A DNA stretch of 64,000 nucleotides from assembly GCA_963807605.1 (NCBI GenBank), contig CAWECG010000003.1, positions 64,001 through 128,000 on the forward strand, written 5' to 3'. The translations under genes and the position numbers were made by a program. The notes beneath the pieces are model-generated. The model did not search any database. It was not told where the DNA came from and saw only the letters and a list, made by a program, of their open reading frames with translations. This document shows, piece by piece, positions 29,533 through 40,055 of this stretch. Each line of letters begins with the position of its first letter. Positions within the stretch are counted from its first letter, which is position 1. The stretch is from Candidatus Bathyarchaeota archaeon. Lineage in GTDB: Archaea > Thermoproteota > Bathyarchaeia > 40CM-2-53-6 > RBG-13-38-9.

Positions 29533-30237
29533 TTGATTCGATTAATCGACCTCTCACAAGAGATCTACCAAGGAATGCCAGTCTATCCCGGTCATCTGAA
29601 GACTATTCTTTGGTACCACAATACGCATGAAGAGACGCGATCAACATTTCCGGACGAATACCCGTTCCACTCGTATGCTAGCATGGGCATGCTGATGAGT
29701 GATCACGGTCCAACTCACGTGGACTCTATTTTTCACATAAGACCGGATGGGGAAACAATAGATAAACTGCCTTTGGAAATGTTCTACACGGAGGCTGTGT
29801 GCCTTGATGTCTCTCACGTTCCCCCAGACAAATTCATCACGCTAAAGGACATAAAGGACGCCCTTGCCAAGCATAAACTGACAATCAAGAAAGGCGACAC
29901 AGTGCTGCTTTACACTGGACACTACAACAGGAGGTACGGAACGGAGGACTGGCTTTTCAAGTACACTGGCCTGGATATGGAGGCTGCAAAATGGCTTGGC
30001 GACCAGGGGGTAGTCAATATCGGCGAAGACGCGCCGAGCATAGATAGCAGCCAAGCTATGAAGTCAAGATACTATCCAGGCCACATAGTATGCAGAGAGA
30101 AACGCATCCTAAATACTGAGAACCTAGCAAACCTCGACAAGGTCGCAGGGAAACGTTTCATCTACGCAGGTCTACCTCTGAAGATAAGAGGAGGAACAGG
30201 CTCACCCATCAGAGCAATCGCCATCCTAAATGAATAA
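29533..30237 (+). CDS. Cyclase / kynurenine formamidase family metal hydrolase
   Basis: IDLSQEIYQGMPVYPG, SDHGPTHVD, ENLANL, PLKIRGGTGSPIRA; start taken at the TTG after AGGTG. Confidence 0.9.
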   Translation: MIRLIDLSQEIYQGMPVYPGHLKTILWYHNTHEETRSTFPDEYPFHSYASMGMLMSDHGPTHVDSIFHIRPDGETIDKLPLEMFYTEAVCLDVSHVPPDKFITLKDIKDALAKHKLTIKKGDTVLLYTGHYNRRYGTEDWLFKYTGLDMEAAKWLGDQGVVNIGEDAPSIDSSQAMKSRYYPGHIVCREKRILNTENLANLDKVAGKRFIYAGLPLKIRGGTGSPIRAIAILNE

Positions 30238-30381
30238 ACTCCTGAAAAATTCAAGTCCCTGATGCGGGTAGATGCTGAACCAAAGCTCAAGCTAACAAGA
30301 AGACAATTAGCATATCCGAGCAGAGTATTAGTTCTGCCGTCTAGGCCGACAAGGCGGCCTCTTGAACTGGCGTCCTAGGTG

Positions 30382-30747
30382 TTAGAGCGAACCAATAAGG
30401 TAGGTGAGGTGCACATGCTGTAGCGGCGACTTTCCACCGACCGCCTTAGCCTTTATGATGGCGACTTCAGCCAGCTTGTCGGATATCACTTCGGTTGTTG
30501 CTTCGCCATTAACTAATTTGAGCGTAATGTTTTTTGAAGAGTCTTTAAACCGCAACCTACATTCATGATTTATCGAGACCTCAACAACGTCGTCTCTGGA
30601 GGTGTCGATCTTACCTTCGTTGGTTACGGCTCCGACTTTGATAGACTTCTGTTCTTCCTTTCCTATATGCGGAAGAAAGATTACCAGTTTAGTGGCTTGA
30701 GGCTTCTTCTCCTCTTTCTTGGTCTCGATTGAGGTTTCAACCATCAT
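30382..30747 (-). CDS. Hypothetical protein (beta-sandwich-like)
   Basis: 121 aa ORF with plausible composition, downstream of the Mo-enzyme operon. Confidence 0.55.
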   Translation of the reverse strand: MMVETSIETKKEEKKPQATKLVIFLPHIGKEEQKSIKVGAVTNEGKIDTSRDDVVEVSINHECRLRFKDSSKNITLKLVNGEATTEVISDKLAEVAIIKAKAVGGKSPLQHVHLTYLIGSL

Positions 30748-30896
30748 GCAAACCTTCGTGTGGAATTTCAGCTCTATGAGTTTCCATGATTTAAATTTTT
30801 TGACTATTCCGTGCGGATGACGGATGAATTAATTAAGCCCTGGCTAAGGGCAAAGCCTTTGATAAATATAAAAAAAGAAAAAAGGGAAAGAGTCGC

Positions 30897-31775
30897 TCAA
30901 GCGGTTGCCCGCGTGAGCAAGCTGCCTATGATGGATACTTTGTACTTGTTGTCGCTTAGTGGTGTTGCTGCGCCGATGGCCGTTGTCATGTCAGAGGCTG
31001 CTCCGTTTGGAATTACTGGGGCGACGCCGCCTAGCGCGACGGTGGTTCCTTTGCTGGTTGTTGCTACTGCGACGCTGGCAGTTGCGAAGTCTATTGCTCC
31101 TCTGGTTCTGCTTTTGAGGAAGACTCCTTTGCTGGGGGCTTCAGGAACAACTATGTCGGTGATCATTTCGTCAGGCTTTAGGACGTTTCCCAAGACGATG
31201 TAGAATTGGTTCATCGGGACTGTCCTTGTGCCTGAGCTGCCTTGTATTGTCAGGTTGGCGCCGAGCGCTGTTAAGGCCGTTGATAGGTCTCCTGGTACGA
31301 CTGCGTTGCAGACCTGTTGCTGCATTACTGCGTGGAACGCGTTGCGCCCTGCTGCAGCAAAGCAAGTTGGGCCTCCTTTTCTGTAGCAGTTAAAGTCAGC
31401 GTATCTGTAGTACCAACACCAGACGTTTTGGCATAGGTTGCCTCCGACGGTTGCTCGAGTTCTAATGTTTGGCGCGGGTCCATTCTTGGCTGCGTCGGCA
31501 AGCATCTGTATGGGATTTTGATCTATAAGATCTGCCAGTGTGACTGTTGGTCCGATGTGTATTCCGTCTGATAGTTTCTGGATAGTGTTTAGGCCTGAGA
31601 TCTTTTTGATGTTTATTAGGACACTTGGTGTTGGCATGTATCGTTTCTTCAACCAGTCGATTATGTCGATGCCGCCAGCGTAGACCTTGGCTTTTCCTGC
31701 GTATTGATTCAGCATTGATGTTGCGTCTTGAACTGAGGTTGCTTCATAGTAGTTGAACGGTGCTAATGCTCTCAT
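30897..31775 (-). CDS. Xanthine dehydrogenase family FAD-binding subunit with a 4Fe-4S insertion (PaoB-like)
   Basis: YAGGIDI, NIRTRATVGGNLCQNVWCWYYR...C...C...C, VALGGVAP. Confidence 0.9.
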   Translation of the reverse strand: MRALAPFNYYEATSVQDATSMLNQYAGKAKVYAGGIDIIDWLKKRYMPTPSVLINIKKISGLNTIQKLSDGIHIGPTVTLADLIDQNPIQMLADAAKNGPAPNIRTRATVGGNLCQNVWCWYYRYADFNCYRKGGPTCFAAAGRNAFHAVMQQQVCNAVVPGDLSTALTALGANLTIQGSSGTRTVPMNQFYIVLGNVLKPDEMITDIVVPEAPSKGVFLKSRTRGAIDFATASVAVATTSKGTTVALGGVAPVIPNGAASDMTTAIGAATPLSDNKYKVSIIGSLLTRATA

Positions 31776-31790
31776 TTGTTTTCTCCTCCT

Positions 31791-34217
31791 TTACGCCTTC
31801 CCCAAGGCACTCAGTATTTTTGCCTGCGTTGCTATCGGAGTATCTGTGATCCAGACGCCTATAGCATCGTGGATTGCGTCCTGTAGGGCTGGCATAGCCG
31901 AGTTGAGAACTCCTTCTCCGATTCCTTTTGCTCCGAATGGACAGTCGATTATTGGGTTTGTTCCGAAGTATTGGGCCCATACTGGGACTATGGCTGTGCT
32001 GATATCGTCTACTTTGGCGTAGTCGAGTATTGTGGGTATCTTCCAGTCGAGATACGACTTGGCTGTGTAGACTCCTGTAGGGTCAATGTAGGGTTGCTCG
32101 TACAGTCCGTTAGCAAGGCCGTGGAACATTCCACCAATCATCTGTCCTTCCACGAGTGTTGGGTTGATGGGGAGTGCGTCGTTTCCAGCTAGCATCTTGG
32201 TCACTCTCACCTCTCCAGTTTCTTTGTTCACCATCACTTCGAAAGCGTTGGCCATGAAGTCCATGTGTAATACCAGTCTATAGTATGGTCCTAAGGCTTG
32301 TCCTGTGCCGTAGTCGTTCTTTCCAGGTCCATCGTAGTCGCTTGGAGCACCAACCGGGTCGTTCAATCCACCAGCTACAATCATGTCTGAGCGGGGTGCC
32401 AAAATGTCAGCCCATTTGACGGATGCGCTCGGGTTGGCTGCGACGAAGACCGTTCCGTCCTTCGTGTCAAGGTCTCCAGGTTTTGCTTTAAGCATGGGTG
32501 CCGCCGCCGCGAAAAGTTGATCTCTGGCGTTCTTGGCTGCCGTTATGATTGCGCCTCCGAAGTCGACTGATGCCGAGCTTGAGAATGAGTCTGATGTGTA
32601 GGGAACATACTCTGTATTCACGTCAGTTCTGCGGACATTCTCTATTGGAACGTTTAGTGCTTCAGCCACGAATTGTCTGATTACGGTGTTCGCGCCTTGG
32701 CCTATGTCCATGGTATCAGCTATGATGTCGACCAGTCCAGAGCCTCGCAACTTGAGGAATATTAGATTGTGCACCATGTCTCCTTGTGAGTACTTGTTTG
32801 CCGCTGAGATACCTCTGCCTACAACCCATGGGTCTTGAACGGCTGGTTTGTCTCCCCATGCAGCCATTAATTCTTTGGTTTTCGTCAGCATTGGGCCGGT
32901 ACCGACGCCGCGTATGATCTCGTGTTGAGCGCTGAAATCTCCTTCCTTTGTTAGGTTCATCAGTCTGAGGTCAATCCTGTCCATGCCCAGCTTGTCGGCG
33001 AGCATGTTGATTATACCCTCGAAGGGGAAGGAGGATTCATTTGCACCGAAACCTCTGTACGACATTGTGTCGGCTGTATTAGCGTAGGTGTTATATCCTG
33101 TGAACATCACGTTAGGCACCTTGTAGAGGGATGGGTTTCCCCAGTGGTATGTACAGGTTAACGATTCTCTCATTCTTTCAATAAGTGTCATGCTGAACCT
33201 TACAAATGGCGTGCAGGTGTAAGCGGTCGCTTCGATAGCTGTGAATCTACCGTCCTTCTTTGCTCCAGCCTTTACGTGATAGTGGCTCCAACAACGAGTT
33301 GCGTGCAATAGCTTGAAGTCGTCGAATATCACATGTATAGGTCTGCCTGTTACCTTAGCCAGTAGTGTCGCGTATACGCCTGGTACCCCACAGTTCTTTC
33401 CGCCGAAACCATTGGCGCACTTTTGAGGACCGATAACGGTAACCTTGTCCTGAGGCAGGCCTGCGGCTCCCGCAGCTGTAGGCCATGGGACTGGGTGAAT
33501 GTTCTGGACGTCCGTCCACAAAGTTATGGTTCCATCACCGTTAGGTTGAGCAATTCCGGAGACAGGAACGATGTAGCCGTGAGGGTCGCCTGAGACATCG
33601 AAGTCTGATTCGACTATTACATCAGCATCTGCGAATCCTTTCGTGGTATCACCGCTTTTCACGTAGAGGCAGTTGATCACGTTTGGTCTGTTCGCTTCGA
33701 ATGGCGGAGTTATAGTTCTCGGTGTGTGGACTACTACTGGGGGACTTGCGTCTGAGGCTGCAACAGGATCAAATACGCCTTGCATTGGGTTATATTTCAC
33801 GTCGACTGCGAATGCTGCATCGTCTGCCTGCTCCTGTGTTTCAGCAACGACTACCGCGACTGGCTGCATGTTGTAGAATACATCAGTATCTGCTAAGAGA
33901 GGTTCATCGCCTAGGTTCAGTATTCCAGCAAATTCAGGTGATTTGCCAGTGTACACTGCTATTACACCGGGCATACTTTGGGCTGCGCTTGTGTCTATGC
34001 TGGTAATCGATGCACGCGCGTATGGATTTCTCACAAACTTCGTATAACACATTCCATGAGGCTGCTCGTTAGCGGTGTACTTTACATTTCCCGTAACAAT
34101 AGATGGCCCATCAACGTCAGGTACTCGTTGTCCCATGAATCTCATGCCATGGGCGCCTTGTGCTTGCATCTTAGACGCGAAGGCATCAAGACTTCCAACA
34201 TAATTTGTTCTTGTCAT
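31791..34217 (-). CDS. Xanthine dehydrogenase family molybdopterin-binding subunit
   Basis: VTGNVKYT, GFGGK, YRGFG, DIGQG, NPTLVEGQMIGG, AKGIGE. Confidence 0.93.
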   Translation of the reverse strand: MTRTNYVGSLDAFASKMQAQGAHGMRFMGQRVPDVDGPSIVTGNVKYTANEQPHGMCYTKFVRNPYARASITSIDTSAAQSMPGVIAVYTGKSPEFAGILNLGDEPLLADTDVFYNMQPVAVVVAETQEQADDAAFAVDVKYNPMQGVFDPVAASDASPPVVVHTPRTITPPFEANRPNVINCLYVKSGDTTKGFADADVIVESDFDVSGDPHGYIVPVSGIAQPNGDGTITLWTDVQNIHPVPWPTAAGAAGLPQDKVTVIGPQKCANGFGGKNCGVPGVYATLLAKVTGRPIHVIFDDFKLLHATRCWSHYHVKAGAKKDGRFTAIEATAYTCTPFVRFSMTLIERMRESLTCTYHWGNPSLYKVPNVMFTGYNTYANTADTMSYRGFGANESSFPFEGIINMLADKLGMDRIDLRLMNLTKEGDFSAQHEIIRGVGTGPMLTKTKELMAAWGDKPAVQDPWVVGRGISAANKYSQGDMVHNLIFLKLRGSGLVDIIADTMDIGQGANTVIRQFVAEALNVPIENVRRTDVNTEYVPYTSDSFSSSASVDFGGAIITAAKNARDQLFAAAAPMLKAKPGDLDTKDGTVFVAANPSASVKWADILAPRSDMIVAGGLNDPVGAPSDYDGPGKNDYGTGQALGPYYRLVLHMDFMANAFEVMVNKETGEVRVTKMLAGNDALPINPTLVEGQMIGGMFHGLANGLYEQPYIDPTGVYTAKSYLDWKIPTILDYAKVDDISTAIVPVWAQYFGTNPIIDCPFGAKGIGEGVLNSAMPALQDAIHDAIGVWITDTPIATQAKILSALGKA

Positions 34218-34235
34218 TTCTTTTCGCCTCCTTAT

Positions 34236-34886
34236 CTATGGCCCACCCAGTATCGCCTGGGTAATACGGTCGTAGGTTCCGCAGCGACAAAGGTTTCCAG
34301 AGATTGCTTGTCTAACATCATCTTCTGTAGGCGAGCTGTTCTTGGCAAGAAGTGCTGTTGCTGACATGATGAATCCAGGGGTGCATGCTCCGCACTGGAA
34401 AGCAGAATATTTGATGAAGTTGTTTTGTAGGGCGTTTAGGGTGCCACCTTGGGCGAGCCCCTCGATTGTGGTGACTTGCCATCCGTCGGTCTCGATTGCG
34501 AGTATCTCACAAGCTAGGACAGGCTTGCCATTGGCTATGACTGTGCAGGCTCCGCATTCACCTAGAGTACATCCTTCACTTGTTCCAACTAGTCCCAATT
34601 GAGTCCGAAGCAGTCCAAGCAATGTCCAACGGGCGTTCACCCACATTGGAATGGTTTTGCCATTGATGGTTATGGTCAGCTCTTTTCCGTCTACAGGCCC
34701 GACAGTAGGAGCCATCATAGCAGACGGTGCGGCTGGTTTCATCATACTGGTAGCGCCGTATGTTGCAGCAGCTCCTACTACTAGCCCTGCAACTGTTCCA
34801 GCAATGAACTTGCGTCTTGAAAGCCCTTGTTCAACCTTCTTCTTTTCGTCAGTTACTTTATCTTCAGTCTTCTTTTCTACTGTCAT
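34236..34886 (-). CDS. 2x[2Fe-2S] subunit with a twin-arginine signal (PaoA-like)
   Basis: LSRRKFIAG plus hydrophobic helix; GCTLGECGACTV, QCGACTPG, GNLCRCG. Confidence 0.93.
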   Translation of the reverse strand: MTVEKKTEDKVTDEKKKVEQGLSRRKFIAGTVAGLVVGAAATYGATSMMKPAAPSAMMAPTVGPVDGKELTITINGKTIPMWVNARWTLLGLLRTQLGLVGTSEGCTLGECGACTVIANGKPVLACEILAIETDGWQVTTIEGLAQGGTLNALQNNFIKYSAFQCGACTPGFIMSATALLAKNSSPTEDDVRQAISGNLCRCGTYDRITQAILGGP

Positions 34887-35153
34887 TTTGACTTCTTCCT
34901 TTTAATTCGTTTTTCTTGTTTTCCTATTTTCGCCTTTTTAGGCTGTGAGACATAACTTTCTATAGGATATAACGGTTGCCGTACTATTCCAGAATCCTTA
35001 GCGCTCCCGCGCTTACCTCAGATCACTACGTAATCCTTTTCACTTACGGAAACTCGGCGCGCTGGTTAGCCACTACATCAAAGATGTAGTACTACAGTTG
35101 CTCGTGTGGCAAGACTTCATTAGACGGTCATCTTCACTACTGATGGACGAGAT

Positions 35154-35348
35154 TTGCCTGATTTCGAGAATTCCGAGGGAAGATTTACCGTAGTTACATG
35201 TTCATTCTGTGGTTCGACATTCAAAGCTACACCGCCGGACAAGGTACACTACTACGCTGCTTCGGACCCCGAGGCTTTCAAAGACGGAACAAGAGTCGAA
35301 CTTGAATGCCCTAAATGCAAAGGGATTAATGTTCTATACTGGGGATAG
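35154..35348 (+). CDS. Small zinc-ribbon protein
   Basis: CSFCG ... CPKCK, 64 aa. Confidence 0.6.
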   Translation: MPDFENSEGRFTVVTCSFCGSTFKATPPDKVHYYAASDPEAFKDGTRVELECPKCKGINVLYWG

Positions 35349-35466
35349 GCTAAAGGAACCACCCTGTAATTTCCCAAGATTATGTGCACGCATCAAATTC
35401 TTGCGTATAAGAAAGCGCAAGCTAATCACGTCTTGAATTGAGGGCAAAGCCACAAGCTTTGACTAG

Positions 35467-36759
35467 ATGAAACCAGGAGAATCTATCCGGTCAAAGTTGA
35501 TCGTCTTAACTCTCAACTGTGGAAGTTCCTCAGTCAAGTATTCTCTCTGGGACACGACGAGACTCCAGAAGCTCTGCGGTGGAATCGTGGAGCGCGTTGG
35601 ACTTGAAGGCTCCTTTGTCATACATGAAACCCCCGACCGAGGGATATCCAAGACGGTACGACCGGTCAAAGACTACAAGGACGCAGTCAACTTGGTTCTT
35701 GAAGCGTCGGCAGGGATACGCTCTTCCCTACAGACTGGATTTGATCAGATCGATGCAGTCGGCCATAGAGTGGTTCACGGAGGCAATAAACTAAGCAGGT
35801 CAACCCTCATAGATCATGACGTTTTGGCGGAGATTGCCAAATGGAGTGAACTTGCTCCTCTCCATAATCCTTCGAACCTGCTTGGGATAGAAGCGGCGAT
35901 GAAGGTTCTGCCCGACATCCCACACGTAGCCATCTTCGATACCACCTTCCTCTCAACCATGCCACCTTGCGCTCACACGTACGCACTGCCCAGAGAATGG
36001 AGGGAGAGATTTGGGATTCGCCGATACGGTTTCCATGGAACTTCACACCTCTACGTAAGCAAGAGGATAGCAGCGATTCTTAGAAGACCCAATGTGAACA
36101 TGATCAGTTTGCATATTGGAAATGGTGTCAGCGTCACAGCCGTGAAAGAAGGGCTAGCTTACGATCATAGTATGGGATTTACCCCCCTCGAGGGCGCTGT
36201 GATGGGAACTCGCTGTGGGGATCTTGACCCGGCCATACTGCTGTACATTATGCGCAAGCTCAGACTATCCACTGAAGAGATGGAGGAAGCACTCAACCGG
36301 AAGAGTGGGCTGCTCGGGATTACCTCACAATACACGGATCGGAGGGACATTCTCAAGGCCGCCGATGCAGGCGATGAGAATTGCAAACTCGCTTTTGCCA
36401 TCGAATGTTACAGGCTCAAGAAGTACATCGGCGCTTACGCGGCAGCCCTAGGGCGTCTCGATGCGATCGCGTTCACCGGAGGGACTGGCGAAAGATCTCC
36501 TCGCTACAGAGATGCAGTCTGTTCTGGTCTTGAACGAATGGGGATTGAGATTGAGAGGGAAAGAAACGAGAAAGCAGAGGGAGATTCTGAGTATGAGATA
36601 AGCAGTGATCCCTCAAAGGTCAGAGTCTACGTTATTCCCACAAACGAGGAAATAGTCTTCGCCGAGGATACGGCTGCCGTCTTAGAAGGCAGGTATGCGC
36701 CTCACTGGAATTTCAAGTACTCGTTTGAAACCAGCGGATCAGCTGTCCGCGAAAGTTGA
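35467..36759 (+). CDS. ackA: Acetate kinase
   Basis: LNCGSSSVK, GHRVVHGG, LAPLHNP, RRYGFHGTSH, SMGFTPLEG, TRCGDLDP, IPTNEE. Confidence 0.96.
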   Translation: MKPGESIRSKLIVLTLNCGSSSVKYSLWDTTRLQKLCGGIVERVGLEGSFVIHETPDRGISKTVRPVKDYKDAVNLVLEASAGIRSSLQTGFDQIDAVGHRVVHGGNKLSRSTLIDHDVLAEIAKWSELAPLHNPSNLLGIEAAMKVLPDIPHVAIFDTTFLSTMPPCAHTYALPREWRERFGIRRYGFHGTSHLYVSKRIAAILRRPNVNMISLHIGNGVSVTAVKEGLAYDHSMGFTPLEGAVMGTRCGDLDPAILLYIMRKLRLSTEEMEEALNRKSGLLGITSQYTDRRDILKAADAGDENCKLAFAIECYRLKKYIGAYAAALGRLDAIAFTGGTGERSPRYRDAVCSGLERMGIEIERERNEKAEGDSEYEISSDPSKVRVYVIPTNEEIVFAEDTAAVLEGRYAPHWNFKYSFETSGSAVRES

Positions 36760-36801
36760 TCGTAATTTGACGAGCTGCCGCTCGTCTTCTTCTCGACGGC
36801 A

Positions 36802-37917
36802 TTAGTCTAAATCAGCCATCTCAAGTTTTGCAGGCAGATATTCATCGACTATGTAGGTGAGACCGTACCTGCTGAAGGCTTCCTGTTCAGCCTTCTTCTT
36901 GATCTTGACAAATGTGTCAATTTCTCTGTTCCACAGTTTTCCTTTGTATCGAGGGTCTTTCTTCAGTTCGTAGAGTCTCTTGATATCGAGTTCAGTTAAT
37001 TTGTCGCTTGGGAGTTTGTAGTCGACTATGTCTGTCGCCCAGACCCCGAACCATTTTGCATCCGGGGTATTCAGGTCTCGGAGGTGAGCTGCATTTGCTG
37101 AGCCGGATATTATCACCATAGCAATGTGCATCCCCCAAGGATCGCCATCTGTGAAGATGTGTACTGGCAGGCCAAGCTCCTGGTTTAGTCTTCTCAGGAA
37201 ACCTCTTGTAGCCCTCGGCGCTTGTCCGGCCGTGTGTATGAGTAGAGCTTTATGCTTTGTGTGAACTCTCTCTTCAATGAATCTTGTGAAGAGTCCGCCC
37301 TTCTCTATTGCTATCACCTTGTCAGCTTTGCAATCAACAAACTCTGCGCCGGTGAGCGCAGGGCCTATCATCATGCCGTCTGGGTGGGATGTCAGGTTAA
37401 GTTTCTTTCCTTCATAGCCAGGAAGAGTATACTCGATCGTGAGGTCGCCGAAGATGGCGCTTCGCTCCTCAGGAAATATTTTAAAGTCCTCTCTTGAGTA
37501 GCCAATCACGGTCTCTAGGTCGGTTATGAGGTTGTCACTCTCCTGTTGATCTACGAAGCTCATCTCGTAGGCTTGGGCTGAATAGTAGACATCTCGGAGA
37601 GTGCTCGTCTTGCTCTGCCTTGTCAATTCATCCGCGAACATTCCAGTCCAAACGAGTTGCGTCAGAGGTTTTATGTGCCTGATATTTCTTGAGCTACGCT
37701 TTACGCTCCGGCTTCCCAGGATATATTGTCTGAGCTTCTCGTCGTAGAATATGTTGTTTATTGATCTACTGGGCATCTTGGTCCATGGGAATTCTCCGGA
37801 ATCGATCTGGTTGCAGATCTTGGTTCCAAAGTCCTGAAGGGACTCGAGGACTTTCTTCTTCCTCTCTTTAACTGCTCCCTTCCGCTCCCTCTTCCGTTCC
37901 CTCTTCTTCCTCGACAT
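36802..37917 (-). CDS. top6A: DNA topoisomerase VI subunit A
   Basis: STLRDVYY, IAIEK, FTDGDPWG, KAEQEA. Confidence 0.96.
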   Translation of the reverse strand: MSRKKRERKRERKGAVKERKKKVLESLQDFGTKICNQIDSGEFPWTKMPSRSINNIFYDEKLRQYILGSRSVKRSSRNIRHIKPLTQLVWTGMFADELTRQSKTSTLRDVYYSAQAYEMSFVDQQESDNLITDLETVIGYSREDFKIFPEERSAIFGDLTIEYTLPGYEGKKLNLTSHPDGMMIGPALTGAEFVDCKADKVIAIEKGGLFTRFIEERVHTKHKALLIHTAGQAPRATRGFLRRLNQELGLPVHIFTDGDPWGMHIAMVIISGSANAAHLRDLNTPDAKWFGVWATDIVDYKLPSDKLTELDIKRLYELKKDPRYKGKLWNREIDTFVKIKKKAEQEAFSRYGLTYIVDEYLPAKLEMADLD

Positions 37918-39436
37918 ATTTTGCAACACCTTTTAGGAGTCTTTTGACGTCTGGAACTTTCTCCCTCTTAGCTAGCTTGGCTGAGAAGGAGGCGATCTTC
38001 GGCAAGTATTTGGAGAATACATCTAGTCGCTTCTTCTCTCTCTCCATGTGATGCTTCTTTGATAAAAAGAGTGCTAGCTGTCGGGCGACCTCTCTTAGAG
38101 CGTTCAAGACCTCATGTTCGACCTCAGGTCTGTCGGCTATGAACTCCTTCCCAACGGTCTTGTAGGGGATCTTGAGGCTGCAGATATGGACGAATACTGC
38201 AAGAGGAGTCTCAGGCAGGACATTGTAGTGTCTCCAATTCATCATCTCGTGTGCCACTTTGTAGGAGACGTCGCTCGCTTCATCAAATAGAAGAGGGATC
38301 CTGTTTGCAAAACGGTAGAGCAGGATACCGTTGGTCTTGGGTATGTCACCGCCATATGCTGCGCCAACTTCGACTATGAAAGGAAAGCCGGAGTAGGCTG
38401 CCGCTCTTCTTTGGTATACAGCCACAAATTCTGGATTTAGCTCCTTTTTGATGCCCGTCTTGAGAAGTTCGTTTCCCAAGGGCGATAGACAACTGGCGTC
38501 GGGCGACAGAAACCCATCATAATTCTTGATGGCGTTGACGAACTTCACTATATCCTCTGTGGTGAGTTTCTTCGGGTTCTTCTTTGGTCCGATATCTGTG
38601 AATTCGAGAAATCTTCTCGCTATCGTTTCGCCAACCCTCTGGAAGTGGCGCTTCATAAAATCCTTCATAGTCCTTGAGCTGGTCGAATCAATCATCCTCT
38701 TGAGCGTCTCGATGTCAATCCCGTGAGGATGTGGCAACGTCTCGGTTGGAGGTTTAGGCATTAGGGTCGTTGCTCTCTCAAACTTGTAGAATCTGCCTCT
38801 CGGGTCTACGAAGGTCAGATTGGCGTAGGGAACGACTATCGCTGTCTGTTGCAAATAGTCAAGAATCTTTGCCATGGCTCTTGAGTAGTCAGCTTCGGTC
38901 GTAAACTCCACTAAGGTTCCATGCCATCTGGACTTGTTACTGTGGACCTTATGTTTGATGACGATCGGCCGGTTCTTCTGAATATCCATCATCAAAGAGT
39001 AATCGTACTCCTTTGAGGTGCCAGTGCTCGATAGGATCCTTGACTGCCCGTGTGTCGTTATCTGTCCGTAGAGCACAGCCATCTTTCCACCTAGACCGAA
39101 AGTGCCGCGGGTCTGTCGGAGTTTATACTTCGATCCGAAGAGAACTTGACCGAAAGCGGAGGGGATAACCTCACCGGGCAAGCCTGACCCGTTATCCTCA
39201 ACTCTGATTCTGTAGATGGTGGGGTCTGAGGCAGGCTCTTTCTCCAGAGAGACCCTGATATAGATCTCCGGAAGTATTCCGTTGATCTCGCATGCATCCA
39301 GAGAGTTCTCGACTAACTCTCTTATTGTTGAGTATATTGCTCTGGAAGGATTTGTGAAGCCTGCGATGTCTCTGTTACGGTAGAAGAAGTCCGAGGGGCT
39401 AATTTCCTGAAAACTCTCAGCCATGGAATGCGTCAC
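37868..39436 (-). CDS. top6B: DNA topoisomerase VI subunit B
   Basis: ELVENSLDA, EDNGSG, QTRGTFGLG, PHPHG, RFANRIPL. Confidence 0.97.
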   Translation of the reverse strand: MTHSMAESFQEISPSDFFYRNRDIAGFTNPSRAIYSTIRELVENSLDACEINGILPEIYIRVSLEKEPASDPTIYRIRVEDNGSGLPGEVIPSAFGQVLFGSKYKLRQTRGTFGLGGKMAVLYGQITTHGQSRILSSTGTSKEYDYSLMMDIQKNRPIVIKHKVHSNKSRWHGTLVEFTTEADYSRAMAKILDYLQQTAIVVPYANLTFVDPRGRFYKFERATTLMPKPPTETLPHPHGIDIETLKRMIDSTSSRTMKDFMKRHFQRVGETIARRFLEFTDIGPKKNPKKLTTEDIVKFVNAIKNYDGFLSPDASCLSPLGNELLKTGIKKELNPEFVAVYQRRAAAYSGFPFIVEVGAAYGGDIPKTNGILLYRFANRIPLLFDEASDVSYKVAHEMMNWRHYNVLPETPLAVFVHICSLKIPYKTVGKEFIADRPEVEHEVLNALREVARQLALFLSKKHHMEREKKRLDVFSKYLPKIASFSAKLAKREKVPDVKRLLKGVAKYVEEEEGTEEGAEGSS

Positions 39437-39476
39437 TTGTTGTGAACCAGAGAATGACTGGACTGTAGCTTGACAC

Positions 39477-40055
39477 TCACTTTCGCGCTGGCTCCCACAG
39501 TTCAGTTATCTTCTTTATCTTCTCTTCGTGTCGGCGTCTTCTTAGAAGCTTGTAGACAGTTGAGTGTTGTTTTCCCTCTATAAGCATCATGATCGCTTCT
39601 CTTACCGTTGAGACAGACTCGAAGTCACCTATCATCGATATCGTGTGGCCGTAGATGGAGACATTTGTCTTCGTGAGTTCTTCAAGCATATTTCTGGTTT
39701 TGCCCTGTCGCCCGATCACTCTTCCTTTGATTCGAGCAATGTCACTTTCACTCTTTCCAAATATCTCTCTAAGATCTACGACGTCGAGGATCATATCTTC
39801 CTCTTTCAGCTTGAATGCCCTCTCAGGAGAGAAGCCTCTTCCAATTGCATTCACAACATCTCGAACCTGCAGGAGGGATGCGGCATCGCCATCCTGAGGA
39901 GCTGAGATTATCTCTACGATCCCGCTTTCACTGTCCACATTCAAGGTGACCTTGAATATTCTCTCAATAGTCCCTTTGACCTTACCTTCCTCGCCGACGA
40001 GCACGCCAACCCTATCCTGGGGGATGATTACGTTAAACTTGTTCTGCACCTTCAC
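39477..40055 (-). CDS. KH-domain ribosome biogenesis protein (Dim2/Pno1-like)
   Basis: IPQDRVGVLVG, AIGRGFSPERA, RIKGRVIGRQGKTR, HSTVY. Confidence 0.93.
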   Translation of the reverse strand: MKVQNKFNVIIPQDRVGVLVGEEGKVKGTIERIFKVTLNVDSESGIVEIISAPQDGDAASLLQVRDVVNAIGRGFSPERAFKLKEEDMILDVVDLREIFGKSESDIARIKGRVIGRQGKTRNMLEELTKTNVSIYGHTISMIGDFESVSTVREAIMMLIEGKQHSTVYKLLRRRRHEEKIKKITELWEPARK

